Assembly (NCBI GenBank): GCA_965219095.1
Contig: OZ244719.1
Location: 224,001 to 288,000 of the forward strand
Source: Bdellovibrionales bacterium
GTDB lineage: Bacteria > Bdellovibrionota > Bdellovibrionia > Bdellovibrionales > UBA1609
Length of the DNA stretch: 64,000 bases
Direction: 5' to 3'
Shown here: piece by piece, positions 50,361 to 60,768 of the stretch
How positions within the stretch are numbered: position 1 is the first letter of the stretch
Layout of the letters: each line of letters begins with the position of its first letter
Program-made: the position numbers and the translations under genes
The notes under the pieces: model-generated
What the model was told of the DNA's origin: nothing
Seen by the model: the letters and a program-made list of their open reading frames with translations, nothing else
Databases searched by the model: none

Positions 50361-51842
50361 TCAAGAAGAATAGTTTTTACACCTTAAAGGAATTGAGATT
50401 TCTTTTGTGAAAGTAGCCGGGGAGTCTAATTCAAAGACTTGTATAGCATTGGTTTTAGCTTTTTTTTCTACAGGAAACCCAAGAGTTAAAATCACTTTCT
50501 CTCCAGGTTTTAGAAGCCCATAATGAAGCAGTCGGCATTGAATTTCACTCCAAACTTGCTCTAAACTATTATAAGGACTAATAGCAAAGGTTTGTATCCC
50601 CCACACAAGTTCCAAAGAATTTAAAGTCTGTAAAATATCTGTGACAGCAATAATACGAGCTTTAGGACGATAGCTTGAAATCTGAGTAGCTGTTTTTCCA
50701 GAAGTTGTAAGACAGACAATGGCTGAAGCATTGAGTTTTAAAGCTGAAAGACAAGCACTTGCAGAAATCGTTTCTGTCACAGTCAAAGACTCTGTCTCTA
50801 AAGACAAATTGTAATAATAGCTTCCTTTTGTCTCTACAGCACAAATGATCTCATGCATGGTGCTTATACATTCTAAGGGGTATTTTCCGCTAGCAGTTTC
50901 ATTAGAGAGCATAAGAGCATCAGAGCCATCTAAAACAGCATTAGCCACATCGGTAAGCTCAGCTTTTGTGGGTCTAGGATGATACACCATACTATCTAAC
51001 ATTTGAGTGGCTGTGATCACAGGCACTCCTTTTTTGTTGCACATTTTAATAATCTGTTTTTGCCAATAAGGCAGGGTCGCTGCATCTGTTTCAATGGCTA
51101 AATCCCCTCTTGCGACCATGATACCATCACTATACTCGATAATCTCATCTAGGTTTTGAAGAGCTTCATAACGTTCAATTTTAGCAATAATTCTAATCCT
51201 TGACCCTCTTTGTTTTAAAATCTTTTTTAAATCTAAAATATCTTGACCACACCTTACAAAACTTAAAGCAACAAACTCTAAAGAATTTTCTAAAGCAAAC
51301 TCTAAATCCTTTTTATCTTTTTGTGTTAAACAGGCTACAGGTAAAATCCCATTAGGAAAATTCATACCTTTGCGGCTTTTTAATTCTCCCCCTACGAGAA
51401 CACGGCAGTGAACCACATTATCAAATTGAGAGACCACTTCTAGCTCTAAGAGGCCATCGTCTAAAAGAATCTTTTGTCCCTTTTTAGAAGAAACTTGTAA
51501 AATTTCTTTAAAGTCTGTAGGAATTTCACCGATTCTTCCTATTTCAAAATCAGGAGAAATTCTCACCATCTCCCCTTCTTTCAAAAAAATGGAGCCTTCT
51601 TCAAACTTTCCTACACGGATTTTAGGCCCTTGAAGATCTTGTAAGATTCCCACGGGGGCCTTTAATTTTCTTGACAGCTTTCGAATCATCTTTAAGCTTT
51701 GTAAGTGCTCCTTTTTTGTTCCATGAGAAAAATTAAGTCGAGCCACATTAAGACCTTTTTTTAAAGCCTCCTCTAAAGAGGCTTCATTAGAAAGTGAAGG
51801 TCCTAAAGTCGCAACAATTTTAACTCTTCTATCAGCTAACAT
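50361..51842 (-). CDS. pyk: Pyruvate kinase
   Basis: KIVATLGP, RLNFSHG, DLQGPKIR, MVARGDL, ATQMLDSM. Confidence 0.97.
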   Translation of the reverse strand: MLADRRVKIVATLGPSLSNEASLEEALKKGLNVARLNFSHGTKKEHLQSLKMIRKLSRKLKAPVGILQDLQGPKIRVGKFEEGSIFLKEGEMVRISPDFEIGRIGEIPTDFKEILQVSSKKGQKILLDDGLLELEVVSQFDNVVHCRVLVGGELKSRKGMNFPNGILPVACLTQKDKKDLEFALENSLEFVALSFVRCGQDILDLKKILKQRGSRIRIIAKIERYEALQNLDEIIEYSDGIMVARGDLAIETDAATLPYWQKQIIKMCNKKGVPVITATQMLDSMVYHPRPTKAELTDVANAVLDGSDALMLSNETASGKYPLECISTMHEIICAVETKGSYYYNLSLETESLTVTETISASACLSALKLNASAIVCLTTSGKTATQISSYRPKARIIAVTDILQTLNSLELVWGIQTFAISPYNSLEQVWSEIQCRLLHYGLLKPGEKVILTLGFPVEKKAKTNAIQVFELDSPATFTKEISIPLRCKNYSS

Positions 51843-51857
51843 AAAAGTGACTTTTCT

Positions 51858-52376
51858 TTAAAGACTTTCTAGCATATGGTGGGCATCGTTTTCAATAGAT
51901 AAATCTTCAGATTCTTTTAAAACCTTTCTAAGAAGAAGTTCCCCTCTTCTTTTTTTGTTTTCTTTTATATATTTTTGGCTCATTAAGAGGCAAGCTTTAT
52001 GAAAAAAGAAAGAGTGGGCATATTTTTTTTCCATGTTCTGAAATAAAATTTCTATAGAAAGGCTTTTTTGATTTATAGCAATAAAAAATTCTAAGAAAAC
52101 TACTTTTTCTATATGAGGAGAGTGGGCGAAATGGTTTTTAAAATAATGGATCTGTAAAAGAGCTTTTTTATAGTTTTTCCTCCCTATTGTTGTTCTGATT
52201 TCATCAAAAGCTCGTAGGTCATTTTGAACTGAACGATCAAATAAAGAGCTGGGACTGCGAACACCATCCCTATAAAGGGGAAAAGGAAAATCCCTTAGAT
52301 TGAAAAAAGAACAAGCTAGGAAAGAAAAAAACACAAAATACTTCATTTCTTCTTTATCGGAAAAAAACCAATTCAC
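51858..52376 (-). CDS. Putative lipoprotein with TPR-like helices
   Basis: FSFLAC lipobox-like sequence; helical repeats. Confidence 0.5.
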   Translation of the reverse strand: MNWFFSDKEEMKYFVFFSFLACSFFNLRDFPFPLYRDGVRSPSSLFDRSVQNDLRAFDEIRTTIGRKNYKKALLQIHYFKNHFAHSPHIEKVVFLEFFIAINQKSLSIEILFQNMEKKYAHSFFFHKACLLMSQKYIKENKKRRGELLLRKVLKESEDLSIENDAHHMLESL

Positions 52377-52405
52377 TTGATAAAGACTATAGTCTTGCTT
52401 GAATT

Positions 52406-53254
52406 TCAGATGTTCTCTAAGGCTACGTGTTGGGAAAAATGATTAAAATCTTTAAATATCTTAGAAAAGATTTTAAGTGAAGGATTTTTTTTAAGCTTTA
52501 GAAGTTCTAAAAAATGAGTGATGTCTGTTAAAAAAACCTCCCTTTTAAGGTGAAAAAGAAGCCAGAATTTCAGATAATATGTATCGATATACTTAACTCC
52601 TTCAGTTCCATGATCCAAATCTTTTAACCAAGAAGTCTTATGTTCATAGGAGAGTTTAGAGTGAATTTCTTTCCACATCTTCTGCGATTGGAGTCCCCAA
52701 TAACTACCACGAAAAGAGCCTACGTATTTTTTAAACTTCTTCATAACTCTTAAAATCTTCCTTTTTTCTTCTTGACGAAAAAAGGAGTTCATTTTTATAT
52801 TTTTTCTGAGTCTATCTTGAAAAGAAGCTGTTTTTCGACCTTTAAAAAACGACATCCTATAAAACACAGATCCTTCTAGAGCTAGATTAACATGGTAATT
52901 TCCTTGTGGCATGTTTTTGTTTAAATTTCGTTCTCCAGGTGATTTTACAAAAAATCTTTCTCTATAAGTCTTAGAGGACAAGATATTTTGTGGGAAACCT
53001 AAGATCTCAACTCTAATTTTTTTGTAGGAAAAATTCCCTGAAAAGATCAAATTCCCCTTTTTATAACGTACCTTGATATCCTCCGTCTTACCTAAGTTCC
53101 TCTTTGAATCCAGGTTTTTAGACCGGGAGTTTAAAGTTGTCTTATAAAGCTTTTTTTCTTCTAAAGAGGGCTTTGAAACAAATTTTATAACTGAAATCAT
53201 TAAAGACATAAGGATAAGGTAAATTAAAGCATCTAAAAAAGCTCTCATTCTCAC
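52406..53254 (-). CDS. Hypothetical membrane-anchored basic protein
   Basis: N-terminal hydrophobic helix; 282-aa ORF. Confidence 0.55.
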   Translation of the reverse strand: MRMRAFLDALIYLILMSLMISVIKFVSKPSLEEKKLYKTTLNSRSKNLDSKRNLGKTEDIKVRYKKGNLIFSGNFSYKKIRVEILGFPQNILSSKTYRERFFVKSPGERNLNKNMPQGNYHVNLALEGSVFYRMSFFKGRKTASFQDRLRKNIKMNSFFRQEEKRKILRVMKKFKKYVGSFRGSYWGLQSQKMWKEIHSKLSYEHKTSWLKDLDHGTEGVKYIDTYYLKFWLLFHLKREVFLTDITHFLELLKLKKNPSLKIFSKIFKDFNHFSQHVALENI

Positions 53255-53305
53255 ATTATAACTAAAAAGCTTGATTTTAATACAGCAATTTTACATAATA
53301 CAGCT

Positions 53306-54472
53306 ATGAGAAATAAAAAAATTTGGGCTTTAGTACTATCTACCGTTTCTTTAGGAATCCATGCTTACTTAACCTTCCAGCATTACAGCTTAAAAAAGTC
53401 AGGGGGAAGTAGCTTCTGTTCCCTCAATAATACTTTTGATTGTGATGCTGTCTCTTTGAGTTCTTATGCGACTCTATTTAACATCCCTGTAGCCTTGCTA
53501 GGCTTCATAGCCCATTTGTTTTTTATCTTCCTCATCCTCTCTTACTTTGTAAGTTCTTTACCCGACCCTCATAAATACTTACGTCTAGGTTTTCTTACGT
53601 CCTCTCTTATAGCTTTTGCTTCTATAATTATGGGTTCCCTATCCTTTCTCTTTATGTCCATTTACTGCCTTTTATGCATAACTCTTTATCTCCTTTCATT
53701 TGCTCTTTTTGAATTGATGAGAAGAGAGATGATAGGTGTATTTCGAAATTTTTTTAAAGACTTACAAAATTCTTCTTCAGTGTTTATCACACTGCTTGTA
53801 TTTTTAGCTTTAGGTTATATGTTTCACAAACAAAGCCTGCCTCTTTCTAAATACTCTCGTTTGCAACCTCACAAAATCGCCTTAAAATGGAAAGCAAGTC
53901 AAGCTTATAACTTTACTCAAATAAAAGCACTTTTTTCCATAGGAAGTCCTAAAGAAAAATCCTCCATGATCATTCAGGAGTTTATTGCCTTTTTATGTCC
54001 TAGTTGCAAACGAGCTAATCATCCTATCTCTTCTTTTGTCAAAGCCAATAAAAAAAATGTAAGATTAGAAGTCTACAGCTTTCCTTTAGGAGCAAAAAAC
54101 TGTGATAAAAACCTCCCTCCGGGGTGTTTTTTAGTAAAACTGGTACATTGTGCTGAAAAAATCCATAAAAAAGGCTTTTCTATGTCAAAATCTCTTTTCA
54201 AATACCAAGAAGAAATTGCTAGTTACAGAACAAGTATAGAGAAATTAACCACATTTACAAAAAATTTAGCCTCTCAGTTAGATATATCTTGGCTCTATAT
54301 AGAATCTTGTCTTCAATCACAAAATACAATAGATCTTATCAATCAACAAATCCAAAAGGGAATAGAATTTGAACTCCAAGGAGTACCTTCTATTTTTGTG
54401 AATCAAAAACTTATAAGTACTTTTACAGGCATCAGTGTTTTAGAAGCCATTTACAAAGACCTCAATAAATAA
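53306..54472 (+). CDS. Vitamin K epoxide reductase - DsbA/thioredoxin fusion
   Basis: C...DCDAV..SSY, TM helices with YCLLC, then CPSC and GVP cis-Pro motif. Confidence 0.88.
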   Translation: MRNKKIWALVLSTVSLGIHAYLTFQHYSLKKSGGSSFCSLNNTFDCDAVSLSSYATLFNIPVALLGFIAHLFFIFLILSYFVSSLPDPHKYLRLGFLTSSLIAFASIIMGSLSFLFMSIYCLLCITLYLLSFALFELMRREMIGVFRNFFKDLQNSSSVFITLLVFLALGYMFHKQSLPLSKYSRLQPHKIALKWKASQAYNFTQIKALFSIGSPKEKSSMIIQEFIAFLCPSCKRANHPISSFVKANKKNVRLEVYSFPLGAKNCDKNLPPGCFLVKLVHCAEKIHKKGFSMSKSLFKYQEEIASYRTSIEKLTTFTKNLASQLDISWLYIESCLQSQNTIDLINQQIQKGIEFELQGVPSIFVNQKLISTFTGISVLEAIYKDLNK

Positions 54473-54537
54473 AACTTAGGTCGTGTTTTTTTACTAAAAG
54501 TCTAGACCATCATTTAAAAACTTGCTTAAGTTTAAGT

Positions 54538-56436
54538 ATGGAGAAAGAAATTAAACATGAAGTTTTGAACTCTCATCAAAATATTCCTCAAACTGTGCTA
54601 CATTTAAGAGAGACTAATAAACAACTGACTCAAGATCTTGCTCTTAAACAAGAACGAATCAAAAAATTAGAACAACAAGTAGAACTTGCTAAAAAAAACT
54701 TAGGACCACTTAGCTTAAGACAAAAGTTTGAAAAAAGTATTACACAACTGCAAAGAAGCTTAAAAGAAAATCGAGATCTGGAAAGGCAAAATTTAAAATA
54801 CCATCTTATCATTCAAAAACAAAATGAAAAAATCACTCACCTTTCTCAAACAAGTCAATCTTATGAAGATATTGAACAGCTTTTTAAAGATCAAATTAAT
54901 TCCTTAAAAGAACGTACAGGTTCTCTCACCAAAACTCTCGAAGAAAAAAAGAAGGAATTTGATCATTTACAATACATATCTCAAAAAAACTACAAACAGC
55001 TTAAGAAAGCAGAAGAGGATTTAGGTTCAAGCAGAGAATATTACTCTGAAAAATCCTATCATGCCCTAAAACAGCAAAATAAATTTCTTGAAGAAAAAAT
55101 CAACCAAACCTCTGATAAGTTAAATTTCTTGCAAGCTGAAAATCAAAGGTTAGAAAAAGATAATTTTAAACTTCACATGAATGAACAAAAAATCCAACAA
55201 GATTATGAAAAAATAAAAAAACAAAGCAATTTTTACTCTAGTTCAGGCTCTGTTTTAAAAGATCAACTTGAAGCTTTTAAAGAACACAATAAAACCCTTG
55301 AACTTAAGGTAAATGAACTTACAGAAAGAAACTTCTCCTTAGAGGAGAGCCTTAAAGATTCAAAAAGAAAGGAAACTTTACAAGATCTTAATGAGAAAAT
55401 TCCTAAGGAGGCTTATCAAAGACTTTCTGATCAAAATCTCACTTTAAAGAAGAAATTTGAACAAACCATTGATAAAATAGCACAACTTCAAACCGATAAT
55501 AGTAATTTACAAAGAGAAAATCTAAACACTTTGTCTAAACTTGAAGAACAGGACAAAAAATACAACAAAATGAAAGCTAACTTCGATATTTTTTCCCAAA
55601 GAGATTCCATTATGAAGGACAAATTACTTTTGCTCAATCAAAAAAATCATGTAATGAAGCAGCTTGATAAAGATCATCAAATACACATGATAAAACTCAA
55701 TGAAATGTACAAAAAAGCAGTAAAAGACAAAGAAGAGTCTGAAATCACACTTATTTCTAAGCAGAGGCATATTCAGAAGATCAATCAAAGAATTCGATCC
55801 TATGCAAAATACCATAAATTCATACGCCCCTATGTGAGAAGATTGAAAGATAAAGATAAACTTCAAGGAGAAGCTGTTGAAAGGTACGAAGAACTAAAAG
55901 CACGTTATCAAAGAGACACTTCTCTCATCCACGAAGCAAAAACTTTAAAACACAGCCTTTTAGTGGAGAAAAATAGAGCTATTTATTTCGAACGCAAACT
56001 TAAAGCCCTGAAAGACAAACAGGAAAAAGAACTTACAAAGTACGAAAATGAAAAGAAATCCTACCAACTTCGTTATCAAAAACAAAAACTTGAGTATGAA
56101 GAGCTTGAAAAAGAAATCTTTCGTACAAAAAAAGCCATTGAACAGAATCATTCTCTAAAAGAGCAAGTTCAAAATCTACAAATGTTATGGTCAGACAATC
56201 AAAAGAAATTAGAAAGACAGGAATTGCAAAATGTAAATCTACAAAAAATCAACCAAAATTTAAGCTACTGTTTAAATCAGTACCGTGAGAAAATGAAAAA
56301 ATTTAAAGATCAGATGACTCTTTCACAGGTTAGACTTTCTCAGTCTAAAGATGATAATCAAGATCCTACCTTTCAAAATGTAGATATGCTTAAAAAGCTC
56401 CAAAAACTCATAGATGAAGTCTATTCTGGGCTTTAG
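54538..56436 (+). CDS. Long coiled-coil protein
   Basis: Continuous heptad-like E/K/Q/L composition with an internal duplicated segment. Confidence 0.7.
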   Translation: MEKEIKHEVLNSHQNIPQTVLHLRETNKQLTQDLALKQERIKKLEQQVELAKKNLGPLSLRQKFEKSITQLQRSLKENRDLERQNLKYHLIIQKQNEKITHLSQTSQSYEDIEQLFKDQINSLKERTGSLTKTLEEKKKEFDHLQYISQKNYKQLKKAEEDLGSSREYYSEKSYHALKQQNKFLEEKINQTSDKLNFLQAENQRLEKDNFKLHMNEQKIQQDYEKIKKQSNFYSSSGSVLKDQLEAFKEHNKTLELKVNELTERNFSLEESLKDSKRKETLQDLNEKIPKEAYQRLSDQNLTLKKKFEQTIDKIAQLQTDNSNLQRENLNTLSKLEEQDKKYNKMKANFDIFSQRDSIMKDKLLLLNQKNHVMKQLDKDHQIHMIKLNEMYKKAVKDKEESEITLISKQRHIQKINQRIRSYAKYHKFIRPYVRRLKDKDKLQGEAVERYEELKARYQRDTSLIHEAKTLKHSLLVEKNRAIYFERKLKALKDKQEKELTKYENEKKSYQLRYQKQKLEYEELEKEIFRTKKAIEQNHSLKEQVQNLQMLWSDNQKKLERQELQNVNLQKINQNLSYCLNQYREKMKKFKDQMTLSQVRLSQSKDDNQDPTFQNVDMLKKLQKLIDEVYSGL

Positions 56437-56519
56437 TCGCATAGCGAGAAAAAAAAAAGAAAGTTGAAAAAGAAAAGAGCTCCTATAAAAATGGACTTAG
56501 AACTTGTTTTGCAAAGGTA

Positions 56520-58874
56520 GTGCATTGCGAAAAATCGTCTTATAGGATTGTTTTGGAACAAAAAATATTAAGAAAAAACTCTTTCTTTCAAATTGTCTTC
56601 TTTTTTATTATCGTTATTGGTTTATCACAGACTTTTTCAGAAACCCAATTTCAATTTAAAAACCTTGTCTTAAAAGCAGAAAAAATCTCACAAGACAGTC
56701 AAAACAAAAAAATCCAACTCAAGGGAAATGTAAAGATTTTTTATAAAGACATTAAGTTTTTAGCAGAAGATGCTATTATTGATCTTAAAAAGAAAACTAT
56801 TGAAATCAAAAAGAAAGCTAAGTTTTCTTCAAAAGACCTCTCCGCTGAGGCTGAAAAACTTTTTTATAATTACGAAAAACACACAGGAATTTTCCACAAA
56901 GCCGTCATCAAGTCAGGAAAAACAACTTTTGAAGGAGAGATTATCACTCAAGAATCTCTGAAAAAATATATTATTAAAAATGGATTTTACACCTCTTGTT
57001 CAAACTGTCCTCCTTTATGGAGTTTTTCTAGTTCAGAAATCCATGCCGTCCTAGGGGAATACGCTTATATTAAACATCCTAAATTGAAAATTTTTAAAAT
57101 GCCTTTACTCTACTCCCCTGTATTCATTATACCTCTTAAAACAAAAAGACAATCAGGACTCCTACCTCCCTCTTTATACATTAACGAACTAGGAACTTTA
57201 GCATTATCTCAAAGCTATTTTTGGGCTCTTTCAAGAAGCAATGACTTAACACTAACAGGTTCCTATTATTATTCAAGAGGATTCAAATGGATAACTGACT
57301 ACCGCTATATTTTAAATGAGGATAGCAAAGGTCAACTTAAAGCAGGAACTATCAACGACAGTAATTTTAACGATAGAAAAGGGGAACAAAGACGATGGTT
57401 TGTTCAATACCAACACTATCAAAAACTTGGAAGACAAACCATTCAAAGAGCTCAGTTTTCTTGGATTGGAGATATACAGTATCCCCAAGAGTTTCCAAGA
57501 GACATTCCTTCTGTAGGAGAACCTGCTTTAGAAAATCGCATCTCTTTTACAAAAAATAGTAACACACATCATTTTCATTTAGAGGCAGACTATTATTTAA
57601 ATCTTTTAAAAAACGATGTCCCCTTTAAAAATGATGATGCTGTTCATAGACTTCCTGCTATAAGCTACTCTTTAATAGAAATTCCTTTACTTGATTCTCC
57701 TTTAAAATTTGATTTTAATGCCCTCTATACAAACTTTTTTAGACATGGTTTAAATTTTGATGATGTTGAAGAATCCTCTGTAATTGAACAAAAACAAACA
57801 GCCTGCAAAGCTCTTGACACAAAAGAAAAAATTGAGACTTGTTTGTCGCAAATTCGTTACATAAAAACAGATCCTGATGGTATTTTTGATCCTGAAAGAG
57901 ATATTCTTCGTACAGGACAAAGACTAGAATTTCAGCCTACTTTTTCACTACCTCTTCAAGTTAAAAAACTCATCAACATCACCCCTTCTTTTTCTTATAA
58001 AGGTTCTTATTATGTGTTTCCTGATTTAAATAACAACAAAAAAAGCACTTTTAGACAGTTTATTGAAACAAGTATAAGATGGGAAACACAAGCACAAGCT
58101 GTTTTCAAAAAAACAACTAAACGCTATCAACATAAATTCAAACAAATTTTTGAATACTCTCATATCCCCTGGACAAGTCATAATAATCATATTTTTTTTG
58201 GAAACTTTACAGATAAGCCTTATAGGCTATCTCAAGAAATTCTCACAGAAGATGATTTTTATTCTGAAAATCATATAGGTGAAGGAAAAGTTCAATTTGA
58301 TTACAATGACCGTTTGTTTAGAAAAAAAATCATTAGCTATACTTTAATTAATGAAATCAGGGAAAAGTACAAAAACCAATACAAAAAACTCATGGCTGTT
58401 TCTCTAAGTCAGTATTATGATTTCAATCAAAAAACTATAGGAAAACTCACCCCTTGGTCACCTTTTCTAGGGAAAATCCAATGGAATGATAACTTTTTTA
58501 CTTCCTATTTTCTTTTTAAATATTACACTTCCTTAGAACGGTTAAGTTTCTACACTCGTTTAGAATTTATTTTCAGCTACTACCTATCTATGGGAGTCTC
58601 TTATGATAAGGGGTTTTCTGTGGATTCTGAGGGAGAAGTCATAAAAACAAGCTTTAATGAAGACTGGTCTTTAGATTTTTCTTTCAAGAATTCCTTTCTA
58701 AAATTCAAAGGCAAAATCAATTATTCGACCTTATCAAAAATTATCAAATCCTGGGAATACTCCACATCTCTTTTGCTTCCAGGCGAATGCTGGCATATTA
58801 ATTTTGGACAGATTCGTCCTATCAATAGTGAGCCTATTTTTCAGCTTAATTTCCTTTTTCGATTTAACGAATAA
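56520..58874 (+). CDS. lptD: LPS-assembly protein LptD
   Basis: OstA-like N-domain, YTSCSNCPPLW, RQSGLLPP, beta-barrel C-terminus with late Cys; true start probably downstream of 56520. Confidence 0.85.
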   Translation: MHCEKSSYRIVLEQKILRKNSFFQIVFFFIIVIGLSQTFSETQFQFKNLVLKAEKISQDSQNKKIQLKGNVKIFYKDIKFLAEDAIIDLKKKTIEIKKKAKFSSKDLSAEAEKLFYNYEKHTGIFHKAVIKSGKTTFEGEIITQESLKKYIIKNGFYTSCSNCPPLWSFSSSEIHAVLGEYAYIKHPKLKIFKMPLLYSPVFIIPLKTKRQSGLLPPSLYINELGTLALSQSYFWALSRSNDLTLTGSYYYSRGFKWITDYRYILNEDSKGQLKAGTINDSNFNDRKGEQRRWFVQYQHYQKLGRQTIQRAQFSWIGDIQYPQEFPRDIPSVGEPALENRISFTKNSNTHHFHLEADYYLNLLKNDVPFKNDDAVHRLPAISYSLIEIPLLDSPLKFDFNALYTNFFRHGLNFDDVEESSVIEQKQTACKALDTKEKIETCLSQIRYIKTDPDGIFDPERDILRTGQRLEFQPTFSLPLQVKKLINITPSFSYKGSYYVFPDLNNNKKSTFRQFIETSIRWETQAQAVFKKTTKRYQHKFKQIFEYSHIPWTSHNNHIFFGNFTDKPYRLSQEILTEDDFYSENHIGEGKVQFDYNDRLFRKKIISYTLINEIREKYKNQYKKLMAVSLSQYYDFNQKTIGKLTPWSPFLGKIQWNDNFFTSYFLFKYYTSLERLSFYTRLEFIFSYYLSMGVSYDKGFSVDSEGEVIKTSFNEDWSLDFSFKNSFLKFKGKINYSTLSKIIKSWEYSTSLLLPGECWHINFGQIRPINSEPIFQLNFLFRFNE

Positions 58875-59015
58875 TAAAGATAAAAATCCACATTTCTATC
58901 AGGGAATAAAAGTTTCAATTCATAATTTAAGCTTGAGGTGTCTATCAAAAAGCAGATTATTCCAATAGAAATTTATTCTGTTTTTTTCTCGTAAATAACT
59001 TATTTTTATAAACTT

Positions 59016-59200
59016 TTATTGATTTTTTTCTTTGTCTGCAGGATCTAAAATATAAATACTTTCATATAAAAAACCTAGGATAATTTTCCCATCATCCATT
59101 ATGGCAGGAGAGGGATTAATCCAACTATCTGTTTTAAAATCATCATGTGGCTTACTCTTTTCTTCTTAAGCTTATCATCCTCTGGTTGCATTACAAGTTG
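59016..59200 (-). pseudogene. Remnant of a PQQ-like beta-propeller repeat protein
   Basis: My translation: FKTDSWINPSPAIMDDGKIILGFLYESIYILDP; no start, frameshift upstream. Confidence 0.5.
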
Positions 59201-59216
59201 ATTCTGGGAAATAATG

Positions 59217-59254
59217 AAAAAAGTCTTAGAAAAATTATTTTTCTAAGACTTTTT
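59217..59254 (-). terminator. Intrinsic (possibly bidirectional) terminator
   Basis: AAAAAGTCTTAGAAAAA-loop-TTTTTCTAAGACTTTTT inverted repeat just after 59287. Confidence 0.7.
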
Positions 59255-59286
59255 ATTTTAATAAAAAACTGTAAGTTCAGGATTAA

Positions 59287-59583
59287 TTATGAAACATCAT
59301 CATATTCATAGAAATGATTATCTAAAGGACCTTCTTTTTCATCTTGTACGTTTTCCTCATTTTCTTGATTTTCTCTTATGTCTATATCATCAAATACGTA
59401 AGGATAGTCAAGAAACTCCCCTTCTTCCATATCTGCTGTGGCTTCATATTCATTCTGTAGGTTCTCAGTGAGATAACCAAAATTATCTATTACAACACCT
59501 GAACCTCCACCAGCAAAAACATCAAAAAACATAAGAGTCCAAGCTGTTAGAATCAATAAAATAACATTTTTACTTATTTTCAT
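59287..59583 (-). CDS. Small secreted, highly acidic protein
   Basis: AGGAG RBS then MKISKNVILL...VFA signal peptide, GGGSG, D/E-rich mature part. Confidence 0.72.
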   Translation of the reverse strand: MKISKNVILLILTAWTLMFFDVFAGGGSGVVIDNFGYLTENLQNEYEATADMEEGEFLDYPYVFDDIDIRENQENEENVQDEKEGPLDNHFYEYDDVS

Positions 59584-60145
59584 TTCTATCTCCTTTCTCA
59601 TTAACTTTATCTAGCGAAGAAGTTTTCATTATATTAGAGGCTATATTATAAATACCACCTTCCTTTATAGGCTTTGACTTTTTGTAAAGCCTATCAATAA
59701 GCTTCCTATACTCTCTATTAAACCATTCTATACATGCTTCATCAGTCGCTATGATATGTGTATGACCTTGCCTTATGTTTACCATATTTGTTTGAGTTAA
59801 CATATCTTTTGTCTTCAAGAGATGATACTTCAAAATTTGTTCACTAGAAAGATCATCTCTTGTGAGAAGAAAATTCATCTTTTTTGCTTTGTAACGATTA
59901 TTATCGACATACAAAAGACCTAAGTTCTTTAAACCTTCTACAGCTTCATAAGCTTCTTCAAGAGTTACATCAAATTTTTTTGCTACAATCTTAGCTGAAG
60001 CAGGTAAAGATTGTGATGTTAAATAGGCATGAAGTGATGGCCAAAGGTTTAAAGAAAGCCAATTTTCTATCAATTCAGGATTATGACTTGTTCTTTGTTC
60101 CTTTACTTTTTTTTCAACATTTTCTATTGCATTTGTATCTCTCAT
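59570..60145 (-). CDS. DUF4423/TIGR02147-like winged-helix protein
   Basis: IVAKKFDVTLEEAYEAVEGLKNLGLL, ILKYH, terminal GIYNI pattern; recalled family resemblance. Confidence 0.6.
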   Translation of the reverse strand: MRDTNAIENVEKKVKEQRTSHNPELIENWLSLNLWPSLHAYLTSQSLPASAKIVAKKFDVTLEEAYEAVEGLKNLGLLYVDNNRYKAKKMNFLLTRDDLSSEQILKYHLLKTKDMLTQTNMVNIRQGHTHIIATDEACIEWFNREYRKLIDRLYKKSKPIKEGGIYNIASNIMKTSSLDKVNEKGDRNENK

Positions 60146-60336
60146 ATAAATCTCCTTTCTTTCCTTTGAATTTTAAAAGGATTATTCCTTTATACTTTTT
60201 TTGTACTTCTTTCTTTATTGTCATAATCAAAACCTCCTGTGTGTCAATTAATTTTATTTCTTTTATATAGTAATGAAATTTAGATTTTCATGTTATATTT
60301 TACAAAACCACTAACTTGAAAATTCAAATACACGTA

Positions 60337-60768
60337 CTATATACATGTTCTCAGATATTCTTTTAACCTAAAAAAAGAGCTATCATAATCTTCATAAGAT
60401 TCAACATATCTTTTTGTGGTTGCAAGAATATCCTTTATCATAATTCTCCTTTCATTTTTATTAAATTTTTTTAATAAATGCTCCATATCATTTCCTATAT
60501 GCATTGAAGAAACTTTGTTTTCTTGATTGAATTTCTCTTTATAAGCTCTTTCATTTAGGATACTCTTGAGATTGATGCCCAAGACTTTAAAAAGGCTAAT
60601 CAAATGCTCTGATTTTAAACTCGATTTGCCGTTTAAAAATCGACTTAAAGTGGTTCTGCTAATTCCTATAGATTCAGCTGTCACTTTAATGCTCATTCCC
60701 TTTTTTTCTAAAAGAAGGGAAATGTTGTTTAATACTGCCCAATCATTTACACATTTCATTTTCATCAT
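60337..60768 (-). CDS. XRE-family HTH transcriptional regulator
   Basis: KGMSIKVTAESIGISRTTLSRFLNGKS. Confidence 0.82.
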   Translation of the reverse strand: MMKMKCVNDWAVLNNISLLLEKKGMSIKVTAESIGISRTTLSRFLNGKSSLKSEHLISLFKVLGINLKSILNERAYKEKFNQENKVSSMHIGNDMEHLLKKFNKNERRIMIKDILATTKRYVESYEDYDSSFFRLKEYLRTCI

